Part shown: positions 26,669 to 42,546 of the stretch, piece by piece | Numbering within the stretch: the first letter of the stretch is position 1 | Layout: every line of letters begins with the position of its first letter | Assembly (NCBI GenBank): GCA_951406725.2 | Contig: OX597824.1 | Coordinates: 4,340,001 to 4,404,000, forward strand | Length of the DNA: 64,000 bases | DNA from: Octopus vulgaris | Lineage: Eukaryota | Direction of reading: 5' to 3' | The notes under the pieces: model-generated | What the model saw: the letters and a program-made list of their open reading frames with translations, nothing else | Databases searched by the model: none | What the model was told of the DNA's origin: nothing | Program-made: the position numbers and the translations under genes

Positions 26669-29600
26669 AGGGGGCAAAGAGAAAGACAGAGACAGAGGTG
26701 CCACTATATTCACCAACAACAATTCTAACTGTATAGAGGTATTTGGTGTTATATTCACAGTAGAATAAACTTTCAGTTCTAGTTTATTATCGTTTGTTCT
26801 CGGGGATGTTGGTGTTATGCTAACAATTTAGAGTGTCATGCGTCTTCCAAGCAGATCTTATTTCCATAAAATGCTGTGCTGAGTTAGCAGATCAAAAGAT
26901 AAGATAGACGTATACCTATATGTGAGGCTATGCATACACATTCACAGACATAAATAGAAGTGAATAAGTGAATAGGAACACCTGAAATGTATGGAACCAT
27001 CCCTAGTATACATCAATCAACAGATTCCCAGACTGAGTATGAAACGTTTTTTTCCAGATCTTCTTACTCCAAACTGCAACTCTTTCCTGGCATCAGCTTT
27101 TGAAAGTCCAAGCTGAACATCAACTGCTTCCTAATCGCAAATCTGGAATTAGTACAAGAGTTATGTGTGCTGATTTTCTTCCAGGGATTATGATTGTCAG
27201 TGTTATTGCTGTTTTATTGTTTGGTTTCACATGGTGGCACTGGTTGTGTATGAACAGTCCTCCTGGAATTGTGCTATTTCATGTCTGATGATGATGGATT
27301 ATCGGAACTATTACAGTGTCTGGCAAAATCCTTTATATTATGTGTTCCAGCCCTTTGCATTGAGAGAGCAATACTTACAAGTCGTACCAAGCTACATCAG
27401 CCATTGAATAATATTAGTGGCATCTGCTAGCCTTCCTCACCTAAAACTTTATCCGGACCTGTGCATACAGTTTCAGACCCACAGTTAACCCTGATGCCCT
27501 AGATGGGATCCAACAACCACTAATCTCATATTGTGGCTTCTTGTGTTTTCATTTGCCCTTTTCTGCCCTTTGTACCCATGTGTTCCTCCCATTATCACCA
27601 TGCAGTAATTTTTCATTTAGCAGTTGTTCAGTCACACCATGCATTCACACAAAGGCAAGTGTCTCTGCCACACATACTCACCCGTGCCTCTGACTCCCAA
27701 CAACACTTGTGTTTCAATTGTGGTCTGTTTTCCAACCAAGTTAATAATACACAACCCGTCCAGTGGAACATATTCAACTCATTCTTTTAATATCTCTGCA
27801 TATGTTCTGCATTCATTAACTGTGTCTCACCATCAGGTAACATCACAATCTTTGTGCATGCCCCACCACACACTTTTCCATAATATGCTGAGATCAATTC
27901 AGTTGACAAACCCAATTACAAGTGGAAATGAAAAGTATAGAAAATTCAGGTGGGATTTGAACTCAGGACAAAAGTTGAGTAAGTTGGAGAATTATTAAAG
28001 CATTACAAAAAATATTTGGTTGCATCTCTTTATATTCTCAACTCAGATTTTGCAATGGTCTATTTTGCCTTTCATCTTTACATTAATATTGGTGTCAATG
28101 CAACGGAGTAAACTCTTCAAGGTGGTGCCCCAGAATGGCCACAACCCAAGGACTGAAACCAGTAAAAGAATAAAAGAAAATTGGAAAAATCAAACTAAAT
28201 ATTCTAAAACAACAACATTAACAACATTCTACAGTAATTCTATCACCCTGAGCATTTCTATGGACATAATGAGTCTGCAGAAATGCAGAACGTTCGCGGT
28301 TAACAGAGTCATCCCAAGTGTATCACTGGTGAACATTAGATCAACCAGTGAGGGATGAAAGACAAACTGAAACCTGGATGGATTTGAAATCAGAACCCTG
28401 ATGAATGAGAGTAGATATTGCAAAGCATTTAGTCTGCGTCCCAGGCTCTCGTATCATGGCCATCTCTCTCTAGCTTCTCCATTTTCATATTAATAAGAAA
28501 TAACACAAGAACTGACATCCACACACACAACAAGACACACAGACAATCACAAACAAAATGCAAATATATGTACATACGTAATGTTTCGTTTGCTTATGAC
28601 TCTGTTGATGGAAATAAACGTCTGCATATATTTGTAGGTATATGTTTGTATATCAATGTGCTTTTGTGTGTGTGTGTGTGTGTGTTGTATCTGCTTGTGT
28701 CTGGAAATCTATAATTCATAGTATGCGTGTGTGCTTGTTTGTGTGTGAAAACATAAGCTTTCATGTAACAGCACAAACGTGAGGGTATTAATTGTGTGTT
28801 GCTGCTTTGTTTTGTTTTAGCTTTTGTGTTTGTCTTGTTCCCTGTTCCCCACCTCCTCCACCACGACCACCACCACTCACTTCCATCTATCAAAGATGGT
28901 TCATTACAAAATTGATAAAGAAAAATAACAACAAGAAGAGCGGGGGGGGGGGATCAAACAAAAACCAAAAAAACATATAAAAACCCTATTTGCAGCAACA
29001 ATGCCACTTACAGACGCATGAAAGCATAAATATAAATTGATCCAATCTTAATTTTTTTTCTTCTTCTTCTTCTTCTTCTTCTTCTTCCCTGCTATCAACT
29101 AACAGCACTAGGTTTGACTTAATACTATATAGTAGCTTTACTTGAAATACCAGTACTACAAGTTCAATACCATCAGGAAAAAATACTATTAGCAAAAGTT
29201 TCATCCTCCCTCTCTTTCTCACTCTCTCTCTCTCTCTCTCCCTTTGATTTTTTATCATTTTTGGCGTTTTCTATTTATTCATTTGTTCTAAGGAGGTGGG
29301 GGGGGGGAGATTCCATAAGCTGGTATCTATATTCCCCCTCCTTGGGTTTAATATCAGAGAAAATACTATTAGCAGAAGTTTTGCTGAATTTTTGTTTTAA
29401 TCTTTATTTATTAATATTAGTAAAATGCTGTGGTGGTGGTGGTGATAATGTAGGGGATGATAATCCTCTAAATAATGAGTGATAAAGAATATTAATTGCA
29501 CTAATCTCACCCAGTTATCCCTATTTCCTAATGTGGGGCCCTGCAAGACAGAAAGCTAGGCATAAGAGAATGAAGTTAGTGAAATCACTGTTTTATATGA

Positions 29601-30329
29601 ACACACTCAAACATCTGACCCACACATATACTGTGTCCCCTCACTGACTTCTTTTTGCTGCTACTACAGTGGCCTCTGCTCAGAGCTAATTGATCATGTG
29701 CTACATCTACTTTGGCACCTTCAACTCAATTTTTCTCCTCTCCCCATCATCCCAATTATGCAGCCTTCTCAGGTCCCATTCAAGCCACCATGTCCAGTCC
29801 TTCTTTCTACCCAGAATGTAATCTCTCTAGAATTCCAAACCTATCACATTCCAACTATCTATTTTTCGAGATACAAAAGTATTATTAAAGAGGAGAGAAA
29901 ATTTGTGGGTGAAGAAGTGGAGAGGAAATTGCCAGCTGTATGTTTCATTCGTTTGCTTTGCATCCACTTTTCCATGCTGGCATGGGTTGGATGTAAATTT
30001 ATTTGAGGCAGCATTTTGTGACCAGATGCCCTTCCTGACATAAACCCTGTTTTGCAACTAAGGATTATTTTATTTTACTTGTCACAGGACATATTGTTCC
30101 TCATTGACAAGAACACAACTTCATTGTTTCACTCAAATATAGCCAAGTGATGACCCCAGAATCTAAATATTTATGCACACACACACGCATGCACACACGA
30201 ACGCACACACACATGAAACAGGCTTTCATCTGACCAATATCACTGATAAGGCATTGGTTGCCCAAGGCCATAGCGTAGAAGATATTTGCCCAAGGTGCTA
30301 TGCAGTAGGATAAAACTTGTGTCTGCAGT

Positions 30330-30745
30330 TACTCTTTTACTCTTTTACTTGTTTCAGTCATTTGACTGCGGCCATGCTGGAGCACCGCCTTTATTCAAGC
30401 AAATCGACCCTGGGACTTATTCTTTGTAAGCCCAGTACTTATTCTATCGGTCTCTTTTGCCGAACCGCTAAGTGACGGGGACGTAAACACACCAGCATCG
30501 GTTGTCAAGCAATGCTAGGGGGACAAACACAGACACACAAACAGATACACACGCATACATATATATATATACATATATACGACAGGCTTCTTTCAGTTTC
30601 CATCGACCAAATCCACTCACAAGGCATTGGTCGGCCCGGGGCTATAGCAGAAGACACTTGCCCAAGATGCCACGCAGTGGGACTGAACCCAGAACCATGT
30701 GGTTGGTAAGCAAGCTACTTACCACACAGCCACTCCTGCGCCTGT
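30330..30745 (-). mobile_element. tRNA-derived SINE (family A), young copy
   Basis: Nearly identical to 23132-23540. Confidence 0.9.
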
Positions 30746-32291
30746 ATCTCTAAATTCTACTTTTCTACAACCAGTCAGTATACATTAATGCACAGTTACT
30801 TAATGATTTTCTCACCACTATTTCAGCAAGTTTATGCTTCATTGATGAGGTCATAAGACCAAAATATATCCATAGATATCTCTGTACTTGCCAAAATGAT
30901 GGAAATTATGTCATAGATTAATATTGTTTTTTTGTCATAATTATTCAGAATCACTTTATTTAATGCTTACTGCATTATATATATTAACACCAACTAACTA
31001 TTATTTTTGATATATATGATGTCCCTGAGTTATGAGGAGGTACCCAAAAATAACTGGAAATGTTCTCTGTGGGACACGCCCATTATAGCTCAGACTTCCA
31101 CTGCTAGAATTTGCAGATGTGGAAGAGGTGAAGAAAAAAACAACAGAGGCATTAAAAGGCATCACTTGGCAAGAGTTCTAGTACTGGTTCGAACAGGGGA
31201 AAACACTCCTGGACTGATGCATTGCTTCAAATACTCTGAAGGTGATAAAAATGTAAACATGTAAAACTAAATGAATAGAATTATATTGCAAAATTCCAGT
31301 TTCTTTTGAGTAACCCCTCGTAAATGAAACACTGTTCATAAAGAAAAATAAACAAAAACCTATGATTAACCATCCCAAAATATATTTGGCAGAATTTAAT
31401 TTAACAGCAGAATGAAATCCCAGACATAAAGGGACCAAGTACCAATATTGAAGTATTTGGAATAAAAGGAAATGTTTTCATTTTAAAGGTTTTAAAAGAA
31501 ATAGCAACTGTGAAAAAAAAAAAAAAAGCACTGCTGATTTTAATGCAATTTGAGCAAAAAATTCTAGTGGTGGAGAAAATATGAGTGGTACTACAAATGT
31601 AGTATTAGAGAAATTAGTATTTTTGTAAGAAGGACTAGGCATTATAGAAAACAACAGTAATATGAATAAAGCTAATCCTTTGAGCAGGTAATTATATCTG
31701 TTTTTTACACTGTTAAATAGATGGCAAAGAAGTCTTCTTACAGGCTAGGTTGTTTGTCCATCATTGGTAACTTACCTTACACGAAGAATTACAAATAGCT
31801 CTGAAAACCCAAGAAATATTAGTCAATTCTATAATGTAATTACAACTTTTTGTGGTAAATCTTTCTATTGTGTGGTACCTGTGTAGAGTTAAGCAAATTC
31901 AGTTGATGAGAGTTTATAAAATATTGCTGGTGTCAGGATACAAACCATCAACCTTGCAGCTTGTTGTCCAGCATTCATTCAACTTGATGATTCACATGCT
32001 CTCAGAATCACTAAAATATCAGAGAAGATACTCAAGCATGCGGTTAAGTGTTGTCCAAAGAAGATACCATTTACAAGAATTAGGGACTATTGACAATACA
32101 AATGGTGTTTTATAATTTCTAATTAATACAGCAGGAGTATGGATTACCACTAATAGGATTTTTGATATCTAAAAAAATGGATTAGTGTTATGGATTGTAG
32201 ATATCATTGGTATGGGTTAGGAGAGTGTTTCTGATAATGTGATGGGGACCTGTAAGGACTTGAAAAGAGGCAGACAAATTGTCATGTTTAA

Positions 32292-32512
32292 CCCTTTAGT
32301 TACCAACCCAGCTGAAACCAGCTCTGGCTTTGTAGTGCAAATGTCTTGTTTTCATAAGTTTTGAATTAAAATCTTCCACCAAACCTTAGTCACAATTAAT
32401 ATTCCTAACACTAGCTGAATGATAACTAAGTTATTTCACTAAATTCTTTGTTATATCTAAAATAAATGAGAGAAACACAGAGTATCTCAAAATAAATACG
32501 GTAACGAAAGGG
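32292..32512. mobile_element. piggyBac-type MITE
   Basis: TTAA on both sides (32288-32291, 32513-32516); TIRs CCCTTTAGTTACC / GGTAACGAAAGGG. Confidence 0.85.
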
Positions 32513-33373
32513 TTAATAATATTCTGTGCTTTTAAACTTGTCCAATACCATTATGAAGACAGAAGACAAACTACATTTTATCTTCTTGTTAATAAAGAAG
32601 AGGAGGAGAGGGCAAGAATTTCACTAATATTTGAGGATGGAGAGCTTATATTTGTCAGTTAGAGAACTGTTAGGTTAGGGGATATAGAAATAGGGAATAT
32701 AATTATGGATTAAAGGAAAGAGAAAATAGTAACTCTAAGGATTAGAAGTGAGAGAAAATACTGGAGATTATCAATGAAGTTCAGTATGAGAAAATACAAA
32801 TGATACAAATCAGATAGGAAGCAAAACACTAGGGTTTAAGAAAACAAGAACTGTGAGGGGTAAACGAATGACTCGATGAATGGATTAAGTATTAGGAATG
32901 ATTCTATGCCATATGAATTAATACTTGAATAAATGTGAGTTTGGAATTAAAGAAAGCACCAGTGATATACATGAAGAATATGGTAAAATGCTGGTGAAGT
33001 CGAATGCTAATGGTATGGGTTATGTATTGGCAGAAATACTAAAGAAACCGATATAATGGTATGGGTTAACACTTGATGAGAATACCATGTTTGTTATATC
33101 GAAAGATGAGGTGAGAGGAATTACTTTGAAGCAATTGCATCAGTAATAACAGCAATAAAAAAATGGAATTGGAAAATCTGGCAAAGAGAGGGGATTAGTG
33201 AGGGTGGTGGATGAGGAGGATGAGAATAAAATGAAGAGAGAGAGAGGATAATAAGATGAAAAGTAAGTGAGAAAAAAACGTAATAAATGAAACAAAAGTT
33301 TGATAAAAGAATGAGGCAGGTCTCTGAAAACCTGCCCAGAGGCAGCAGAAGACTGGGTTATTAGTTCAGATTA

Positions 33374-33387
33374 GTTGTCATGGCAAC
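33374..33387. promoter_or_regulatory. Candidate RFX X-box
   Basis: GTTGTCATGGCAAC, one mismatch from the palindromic GTTGCCATGGCAAC; no linked TSS demonstrated. Confidence 0.25.
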
Positions 33388-33823
33388 CTGCAGAGGTACT
33401 GATTTCAAATGGTGCTAGATGCAATTGAACTAAATATCTACCCACCACTCGAAACCAGACCCCTAGAGGGCCCCTAAATGTATTCTTGTGTCATCAGGTC
33501 TTTGGTGATGACAAGGAAGTTGACAACATGAACATCGAATGATGGAGTACAGATCAAAGAGGACAAAACAGATGAAAAAAACAGAACACGAGAGTACAAG
33601 AGCAAAGATCAGTGCAGGGGTGGTGGCCCTTGGTTTTGCAGGCAAAGGGGTGGAGAGAAAGAAAAGACGTGTTGTGTTATGGGCAGAAAAGAAGCAATCT
33701 ATGTGAATGTGTAAGGGGAGTCAGGTGACACAATATGCTATACAGCAATACAGTATATAAGAAATATATGCAAGTGGGTGTTTATGTATGCACGTGTGTG
33801 TGTGTGTGCGTGTGTGTGTGTAT

Positions 33824-33871
<48 letters not shown>

Positions 33872-34043
33872 GTACACACACACACATATATATATATTCA
33901 ATACATCGGCAGTAAGTAAGAACTGGGGGTTTTAGATAGCTAAGAGAGTGCATGTGAATGGATTAGAAAAATTAAGATATATAAGTAGTTGCATGCAGAT
34001 GAACGAAAAGAAGACAGATATATAATGTGTATGTGTGTGCGTA

Positions 34044-34118
<75 letters not shown>

Positions 34119-34159
34119 GTGTGTGTGTGTATATATATATATATGTATGTATGTATATT

Positions 34160-34630
<471 letters not shown>

Positions 34631-34955
34631 TAATCAATGCTGTTTAGCTCCAGCCCACCCCTGATTGAGCAGGACTATGATCAAAGGCATTCCAGTCATG
34701 ACCATCTAGTTTTCATTAAGACACAGCATATCTACAACTAGAGCATCTAATATGTCCTTCTTTTTGTTTTCCTCTTTTCTTAAAGAGAAAAAGGTTTTAT
34801 AGCAGGTTGCTATTTCTAGCAGGTTGAGCAACTGCTGAGAAGGTCTGTATTTGAGTGATACATGGAAGAGATAAAAGACAAAAACAAAAAAGAAAACGAG
34901 AAAAAAAAACAGAAAAAGAAAGCATGTGAATGTGAATGCATTAATGAATACAGAA

Positions 34956-35022
34956 TCACAAGGAAGAATCTGCAGTGGATTTTGCAGGCTTGTTCCTTGG
35001 CTGAATTTCCCATCTGTCTTCC
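34956..35022 (-). CDS. Candidate terminal exon (K)EDRWEIQPRNKPAKSTADSSL*
   Basis: Acceptor ttctttgcag; phase matches exon 46479-46517; ends in a PDZ-ligand-like SSL. Confidence 0.4.
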
Positions 35023-36804
35023 CTGCAAAGAATGGATTCACCAAATGTATTACTGAAGCATTATTTTACAGTCTGATACCCATCCTGTCACTAACCCCAA
35101 CCTTTTTTTCAAGTAAATGATTCTTTATTTCATGTCTTTGAAGGCAAAAACCAGCAGACAGTCTGTTACCAGGGGAACTGATGACATACCTGCTTGGGGA
35201 TAAATTATTTTTTGAAGAAGTGCAATCATAAACACAGCTGCCAAGCTTCTTTCAGTTTCCGTCTAGCAAATTGACTCACAAGACTTTGGTTGGTTTGTGT
35301 CTATTGTAAAAGATACTTGTCTGAGGTGTCTACACCTTGTTACTCATAGCATCTTCTTTTTTTATATAAGTAACTCTAAGCTGTGGCTTCTCTCACAACA
35401 GGACAAATTCAGTAGACAACTGATAAAAATGGCAAAAACCAATCAAATCTAGTTGAGTTGCTTTTGAGTGGGGCTTCAACATATGCTTTATTAAACACAT
35501 GTGATTGCATTTATAATTACCTCACACACACACACACATACACACACATGCTGCTTCAGTACTTCAACCTGATTATATAACATGGATATATAATATTCCT
35601 TCTATTCTCTCCCCCTCACACCCTTTTACTGATTTCAGTCATTAGACTGTGACCATTCTGGAGCACCATCTTCTACAGTGTATTTGATTATACTGACCTT
35701 GGAACGATAGAAAAAGAAATCCCATCATGTTACTAAATTTGTTGATATTCTTCAAGAGACAGAGACACAGGACACACAGCATGTTGATAATGATGACAAT
35801 GGTGATGCTAATTCCGTCTCGTAATCTTTCAACAGTTTTAAGTGTAAGCTTTATTTAGCACAATTTCCAGACAGAAAAAAAAAAGAAATACTTCTTCGGG
35901 CTACTAATCAAGACCAGTCAAATCAATTTTGATCCAAACCAATCAAGAATGAATCATGTTGTAAACCTTTCACTCCGTCCAATCACATTTCATTTCAAAT
36001 GCTTATTCACTTGGGTCCATTTTTTTTAAAAGGGTTTTTTCAAATATATACTCATACATCATTACCATCATCATTACTATCATCATTACTATCATCATTA
36101 ACACCATCATCATCATGTAGAATGAATTAGTGTATGTCAAATGAATGACAAGACTGTGTGTGGGTGTGATTTGGTAAGAGAACAGATATAGAAGAAATGT
36201 AGCATTAGAATTTGTGGGTAGGTATGTTATGTTGTATCTGTTCTTACATTCTATGTAACACTTCGGGCTCAGGTGTTACCTTCAATTTTATAAACCAGGT
36301 AGAGGTGTTGAAGGGAACTAACTCCTTCACCAAATTTTTTTTTCTTTCTTAACAAAGGTATTTTTTAAGGAACCTTTTGTTTGTTTTTTTTTTTTAATAA
36401 AGAAAATGAATTTAGAAACTTATTGCAAATAATCAGTTTTCACCTGAACTCAACATTTTCTCAAAACAAAGAGAAGAGAAGTGTGAATAAAACAATTCAA
36501 AGTAAGCATAAATAAATAAAATTTACGACAATTTTAGATTTTTATAAAAAGAAATTCTTTAGAAAGAACTTTATCTAAAGAATCTGATTGAAACAGCAGT
36601 CATTTTTAAGGGAATAATTTATTCCAGTAGAACAAGAAACACAGTGTGAAAATATATTAAGAGACAAATGAAGAACATGGTCAAAATATTCCAGAATAGC
36701 TGGAAGAGCAAACATTATAAAAAGAATATAAGTGAAAACGGAGACACAAAAAGAAAATATCTAGAAATGGCATTTTTTTCTTCCGGCTAAGTCAGATTGT
36801 GAAG

Positions 36805-37135
36805 GTGCATAGCTCAGTGGTTAGAGCATCAGGCTCACAATCATGAGGTAGTGAGTTCGATTCCCAGACCAGGCTGTGTGTTGTGTTCTTGAGCAAGACA
36901 CTTTATTTCACATTGCTCCAGTTCACTCAGCTGTAGAAATGAGTTGTGACATCCCTGGTGCCAAGCTGTATCAGCCCCTTTGCCTTTCCCTTGGATAACA
37001 TGGGTGGCATGGAGAGGGGAGGCTGGTACGTATGGGTGAATGCTGGTCTTCCATAAACAGCCTTGCCTGGACTTGTGCCTTGGAGAGGAAGTTTCTAGGA
37101 GCAATCCCATGGTCATTCATAACCTAAAGGGGTCG
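36805..37135 (+). mobile_element. tRNA-derived SINE (family B-like head)
   Basis: TAGCTCAGTGG A box and GAGTTCGATTCC B box. Confidence 0.8.
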
Positions 37136-37747
37136 TTAAGTCAGAAATATCTTTGAAGGGACTGTGAAATTGGTAGAGGAAAGGCAAGAAGCCATAACTC
37201 ATCAGGTACAATCAATCTGAGAGATTTTTGCTGTTTTTTTTCTGCCTGATTTCACTCATAAATTTTGAGTTAACTCCAAAGTTAGAGGTTAAAAGAAATT
37301 TGCTTGCACAAGGTGCCATGCAATGAGGCCCGGAACCATGTGAGCAAGAAATTCTTAAATACACAACCATGTCTGCACCCACAACACCAGTTGAAGAGAT
37401 GAAAGCAGCATCCGGAGACAAGGACATGGTGAATTGGGTTGTAAGTGGGATGAATTTGAAATGTCACAATTAGAGAAAAAAGAGTAAAAGAGTCATAAAT
37501 TAAGTTTCTAAAATATTTTATCTATTCCTTTATTTTTGAGGGCCTGGAATTATATGACCTACTTAAGGGTTACTACTTATATTAGCAATTTCTCACATTG
37601 AACAAAGAGTCACATTTTGTAAGGAAGAGGAATATAATAGGTGAATCCTCTTCAGTGCATCACTGAAGAGGATTCTGGAGTAATTTGAATACAGAATATA
37701 GCAGGGGGAACTCAATATTCGTTAATAATTACTATTGTTTCTAACGG

Positions 37748-37910
37748 CACAGGTGTGGCTGTGTGGAAAGAAGCTTGCTTCCCAACCACATGGTTCCGGG
37801 TTCAGTCACACTGCATGGCACCTTGGGCAAGTGTTTTCTACTTTAGCCTCAGGACAACCAAAGCCTTGTGAGTGGATATGGTAGACGGAAACTAAAAGAA
37901 GCCCATCATG
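37748..37910 (+). mobile_element. SINE family A head
   Basis: Matches 2815-2960. Confidence 0.75.
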
Positions 37911-38014
37911 TGTGTATATATATATATATATATACACATACACACACACATATATATATACACACACACAAACACATATATATATATATACACACACACA
38001 AACACACACACATT

Positions 38015-38282
38015 TCATCATCATCATCATCATCATCGTTTAGCGTCCGCTTTCCATGCTGGCATGGGTTCGATGGTGCAACTGGGGTCTGGGAAGCCAC
38101 AAGGCTGCACCAGGCCCAGTCTGATCTGGCAATGTTTCTACGGCTGGATGCCCTTCCTAACGCCAACCACTCCATGATTGTAGTGGGTGCTTTTTACGTG
38201 CCACCGGCACGGAGGCCAGGCGAGGCTGGCAATGGCCACGATCGGATGGTGCTTTTTACGTGCCTTTTTACGTGCTTTTTAC
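38015..38282 (-). mobile_element. RTE LINE 3' UTR fragment
   Basis: Matches 3636-3900; (ATC)n tail. Confidence 0.85.
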
Positions 38283-39147
38283 ATATATTTATATATAAAA
38301 AATTCAAAATGGGACAAGAACACAAAACATCCAGACAGTTAGGTGATATAAAAAAGGGACAACAAAACATCCAGATAGATGATACAAAAAAAACAAGGAT
38401 GGGTCATTCGGAGTTTTCTATCCTCAGTCGAGTTCCAGATTATCTTTGCAATTTCAGCTAGTTATACTCGAGATTGCTCCAATCTGGCCAGCCCCAAGGA
38501 AAACTAAGCTAAGAGGACTAGATTCCTTGGAAGAAAGCAGCAAATGTATATGAAAACAAGGACAGAAAATAAGTCCCACCAACACCATTTTTGCTTTTAA
38601 TCCTTTCGGGTTCATTAAATAAAGTACCAGCTGATAACTATGGTTTAATTTAATCCACTAATTTGCTCCTGTCAAGTTTCTGGCCTTGTACCTATGTTAG
38701 AAATAATTATTTCCAGCACATGCAAAAATGCCACAAATCTGGGGGTAGGGGAAACAGTCAATGACATCACCCTTACAGCTTGACTGGAAGGATGAAACTC
38801 AAAATCGACCATGGTGAGATTTGAAACCAGAATCAAGAGAATTATGCAATGCAAAATATTTTATCCAGTGCACTACCAATCCAGTAATCCCCTGCTCTCA
38901 GTAATAATAGCATTTTCTAAATTAGACAAGAGTCTGAAATTAAGAGGAGAGGTTATGCAGTTGATTAAAAATCAATTCCAGCATTTGACTAGAATTTTAT
39001 TTTATCAAACTCAGAATAATAAACTTAAATTTGATGACGACAATGATGATAATGAAGAAGAGAAGGATTGAGAGCCAGAGGAGGATGTTGATGAATGATG
39101 ATGATGACAAAAACAACAAAAAGAGCAATAATGAAGGCTGCTGTTGC

Positions 39148-39210
<63 letters not shown>

Positions 39211-40722
39211 GCAGCATTGGCACAAGGCCACAGAGTTTTGCAGAAAGGTAGAGCTGACTAAACCAACACCCCACTCAACATTTGAGTGCCACTTACTTCA
39301 CTGACCATCACTCTATCAAAAATGATGAAAGGAAGGCAAAGTTGATGCCAGACTTAAAGGTGCCACCAAAACATCTATAGAACTCACAGAAAAACTGCCT
39401 GGAAATTCTACACAAAAGTATTTTTGTAATCAATCTCAATGTACCCGAGAGTTGTTATTCAGTCGTAGTGTTGAACCAATATCAATCCAAAATTAATGAG
39501 AAATCATTGATAAACTGTGAAAAAAAAAAAATACTAATAAAAATAATACACTCAGAGAATAATGACTCAAAACTAAACTAAGCGTATAGAATCAATTATT
39601 TTAGTGTTTGTAGATGAAGTCTCCTGATAAATAACTAACTGAAGATGTACATGAATGTGTGTGGGCGTGTGTAGCAGAAACAGAAGTTTGCGTCAGTATG
39701 AGAGTGGATTTATGTGTGTACATGCCGAAGTGTAGGTCAATAGTGGAACGAGTACAGTTGCCAATGCTTCTCCTAATTAATCCAATAAAAGGTTTCATAA
39801 TTATACATTTTTTTCACAAGAGACTGATGTAAATCTTGATGTAAAAGTAGTTCTTTTTTTTTAAATTTTTTTTTATCTGATTTTCTTTTATCAAGAAAGT
39901 CAAATATTTATTAGTGTACAAAAATAAAGAATAGTTATCGGTTTACAATGAAACCAAAATAAAATAAGAGCAGAGAAAAAAGCGAGAAAAAAAGAATCTA
40001 AAAGTATATCAACAACAACAAAAGTGCAATATTTCATATGAATAATTCAGTTCTTTTAGTGTTCTGTGTGTATACATATATACATACATATGTGTGTATG
40101 TGTGTATATATATATATATATGTGTGTGTGTACACATACACACACACAAACTTGTTTTGGCTTACAGTTTTTTTCACACTTGGAATGAAAAATTGCAAAA
40201 CAAAACCTAATTTATAACCATAATATGAAATACATATAAATTAACACACACACACACACACATCAGTATACATTTATATAAACTAGTCGGTATCTTGGTA
40301 AGCTGTTCTGGGGCATATTGAACTTCCGACTACAAAATATCATTGCAATCTAAACAGCTTTGACCATTTCTTTGCTCTTGCACAAACTGCACCCTCCCCC
40401 CCTCCCCCGTTGCCTTGCAGCCTTTCTCTCTGTCCTTACAAACCCTGTTTTCTTATTCTCCTTCGTTCACATTCGACCTTTTGCTAAAGATCAGGTCACA
40501 TACTGACTGCACTTTGATTTCTTTCTTCAAACTATTCACACACAGCTTGTTTTTGCCTCTTTTTCTTTCTCTAGTTGTCTTGCGCTTCTTTTTTTTTTTA
40601 ATCTTTTCTGTACGTTTGGCCTCTACAAAATATCGATATCAACTACATTTCTCCACATCAATAAATCTACAAAGTGATAAAATGATACTGATTTGCTCAT
40701 ATCATATATCTATACATAAACA

Positions 40723-40754
<32 letters not shown>

Positions 40755-40891
40755 TGTAATATACTATATACATATTACATATATTATATATTTCACAGGC
40801 ATATTTCATATATGCATGTGTGCACATGTATGTGCATTGATACTGGTGCCCTACTATGTCAAAAGTACATGCATACTCATGTGCACATGCA

Positions 40892-40952
<61 letters not shown>

Positions 40953-41713
40953 AACATACATACTTATATACATGTATATATAATAGAGTCACACATACAG
41001 GCATTAAAAAATATGTATATATAAGTTATATCTTTATTCTTGCTTTGATCATCTTTTAACTTGGACATCAATACGTTTTACCTCAACACAAACAACTTAT
41101 GTCAATACTACGGGTGTAATTTGCATGGAAACTGAGAGTGTTTTGGTGCATATTGGAGACTGGGTATGTTTAAACTGTCTTTATTGCAGAGTATAGCAGA
41201 CAAGCAAAAACTGGTCCTGCAATAGTTGCTCATAACATTCTGTGATTATAAATGGATACATTAACTTATAAAAGGATTTGGTAGGTTGAAATTGCAAGAA
41301 GTTCATATTTATAAATGGAAACTGAAAGAAGACTGTCGCATCTGTGTGTGTGTGTCTTTTTTTTTTTGTGTGTGTGTGTGTGTTTTTGTCCCCCACTACT
41401 GTTTGACAATTGGTGTTGGTGTTGATGTTCCTGTAACTTAGCGGTTCTACAAGAGACCAATAAAATAAATAGCAGGGTCGCAAAAATAAGCACAGGAATC
41501 GATTAATTTTAGTAAAAATTTTTCAAGGCAGTGCTCTAGTATGGTCACTGTATAATGACAGAAACATGTAAAAGGAAAAAAAGAAAATGATTTTATATAT
41601 ATATACACACACACACACACAGAGATAAACTTTAGTAATAAAGAATATTACTCTACTTCTGGTATTTGACTACTATTTTTTCCACTTTGTTTCACTTTTA
41701 TGTGCTTACTCCG

Positions 41714-41771
<58 letters not shown>

Positions 41772-41880
41772 ATTTCGGAATGGTCATTTTGCCAGTTTAG
41801 CCAATAAAAACACACGCACTATATATTTGGTGTTATCTTGCTTCAGTGTTATTTATTTTTTACATTAAGCTTAATCTTGC

Positions 41881-41922
<42 letters not shown>

Positions 41923-42159
41923 GAATATTTTGTAAACCAATTTATAAGACCTGCATGTGTCAGTAATCTTTGGTTGTCTCCAGAAAATAAAGGAATTCAA
42001 CGCATGAAAGCTGTGAGGATAACTTGGAAAACTGGGTAAATACCCTTTAAAAGGACGAGGAGGCTTGCAAACCACTTTTTCCATCTTCTAAAAGACAATT
42101 ACCTGATTCTTTAAGCTATCCTCACAGGCTTCCTCAGTGCACAAATTCCTTTGTTTTCC

Positions 42160-42217
<58 letters not shown>

Positions 42218-42467
42218 GTTTATCAATTTGCATTGCAAGATTACTGATGTGAAATCATGTGTTGAAACAGATATTGTATTTTGGGATGTTTTTTTTTTCC
42301 CCAATTAAACACACACACTATATATTTCTTCTTCACTCGTTTATTACTCTTCTTGCTTTAACACATGTCCATTGTCCAGAAATCTTTCATCACACAACTA
42401 TGACCACTTTAGCAACACTTTTCGTTTTCATAGAAGAGCAGGAAAAAAAAAATCAACATCCCAAAAT

Positions 42468-42546
<79 letters not shown>

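Noticed and set aside
38405-38445. Minus-strand CTGAGGA...GAA as a hammerhead
   Set aside because: There is no GAAA and no convincing stem II or stem III.
37868-38461. 197-aa ORF
   Set aside because: It is a read-through of a SINE, microsatellites and a LINE UTR.
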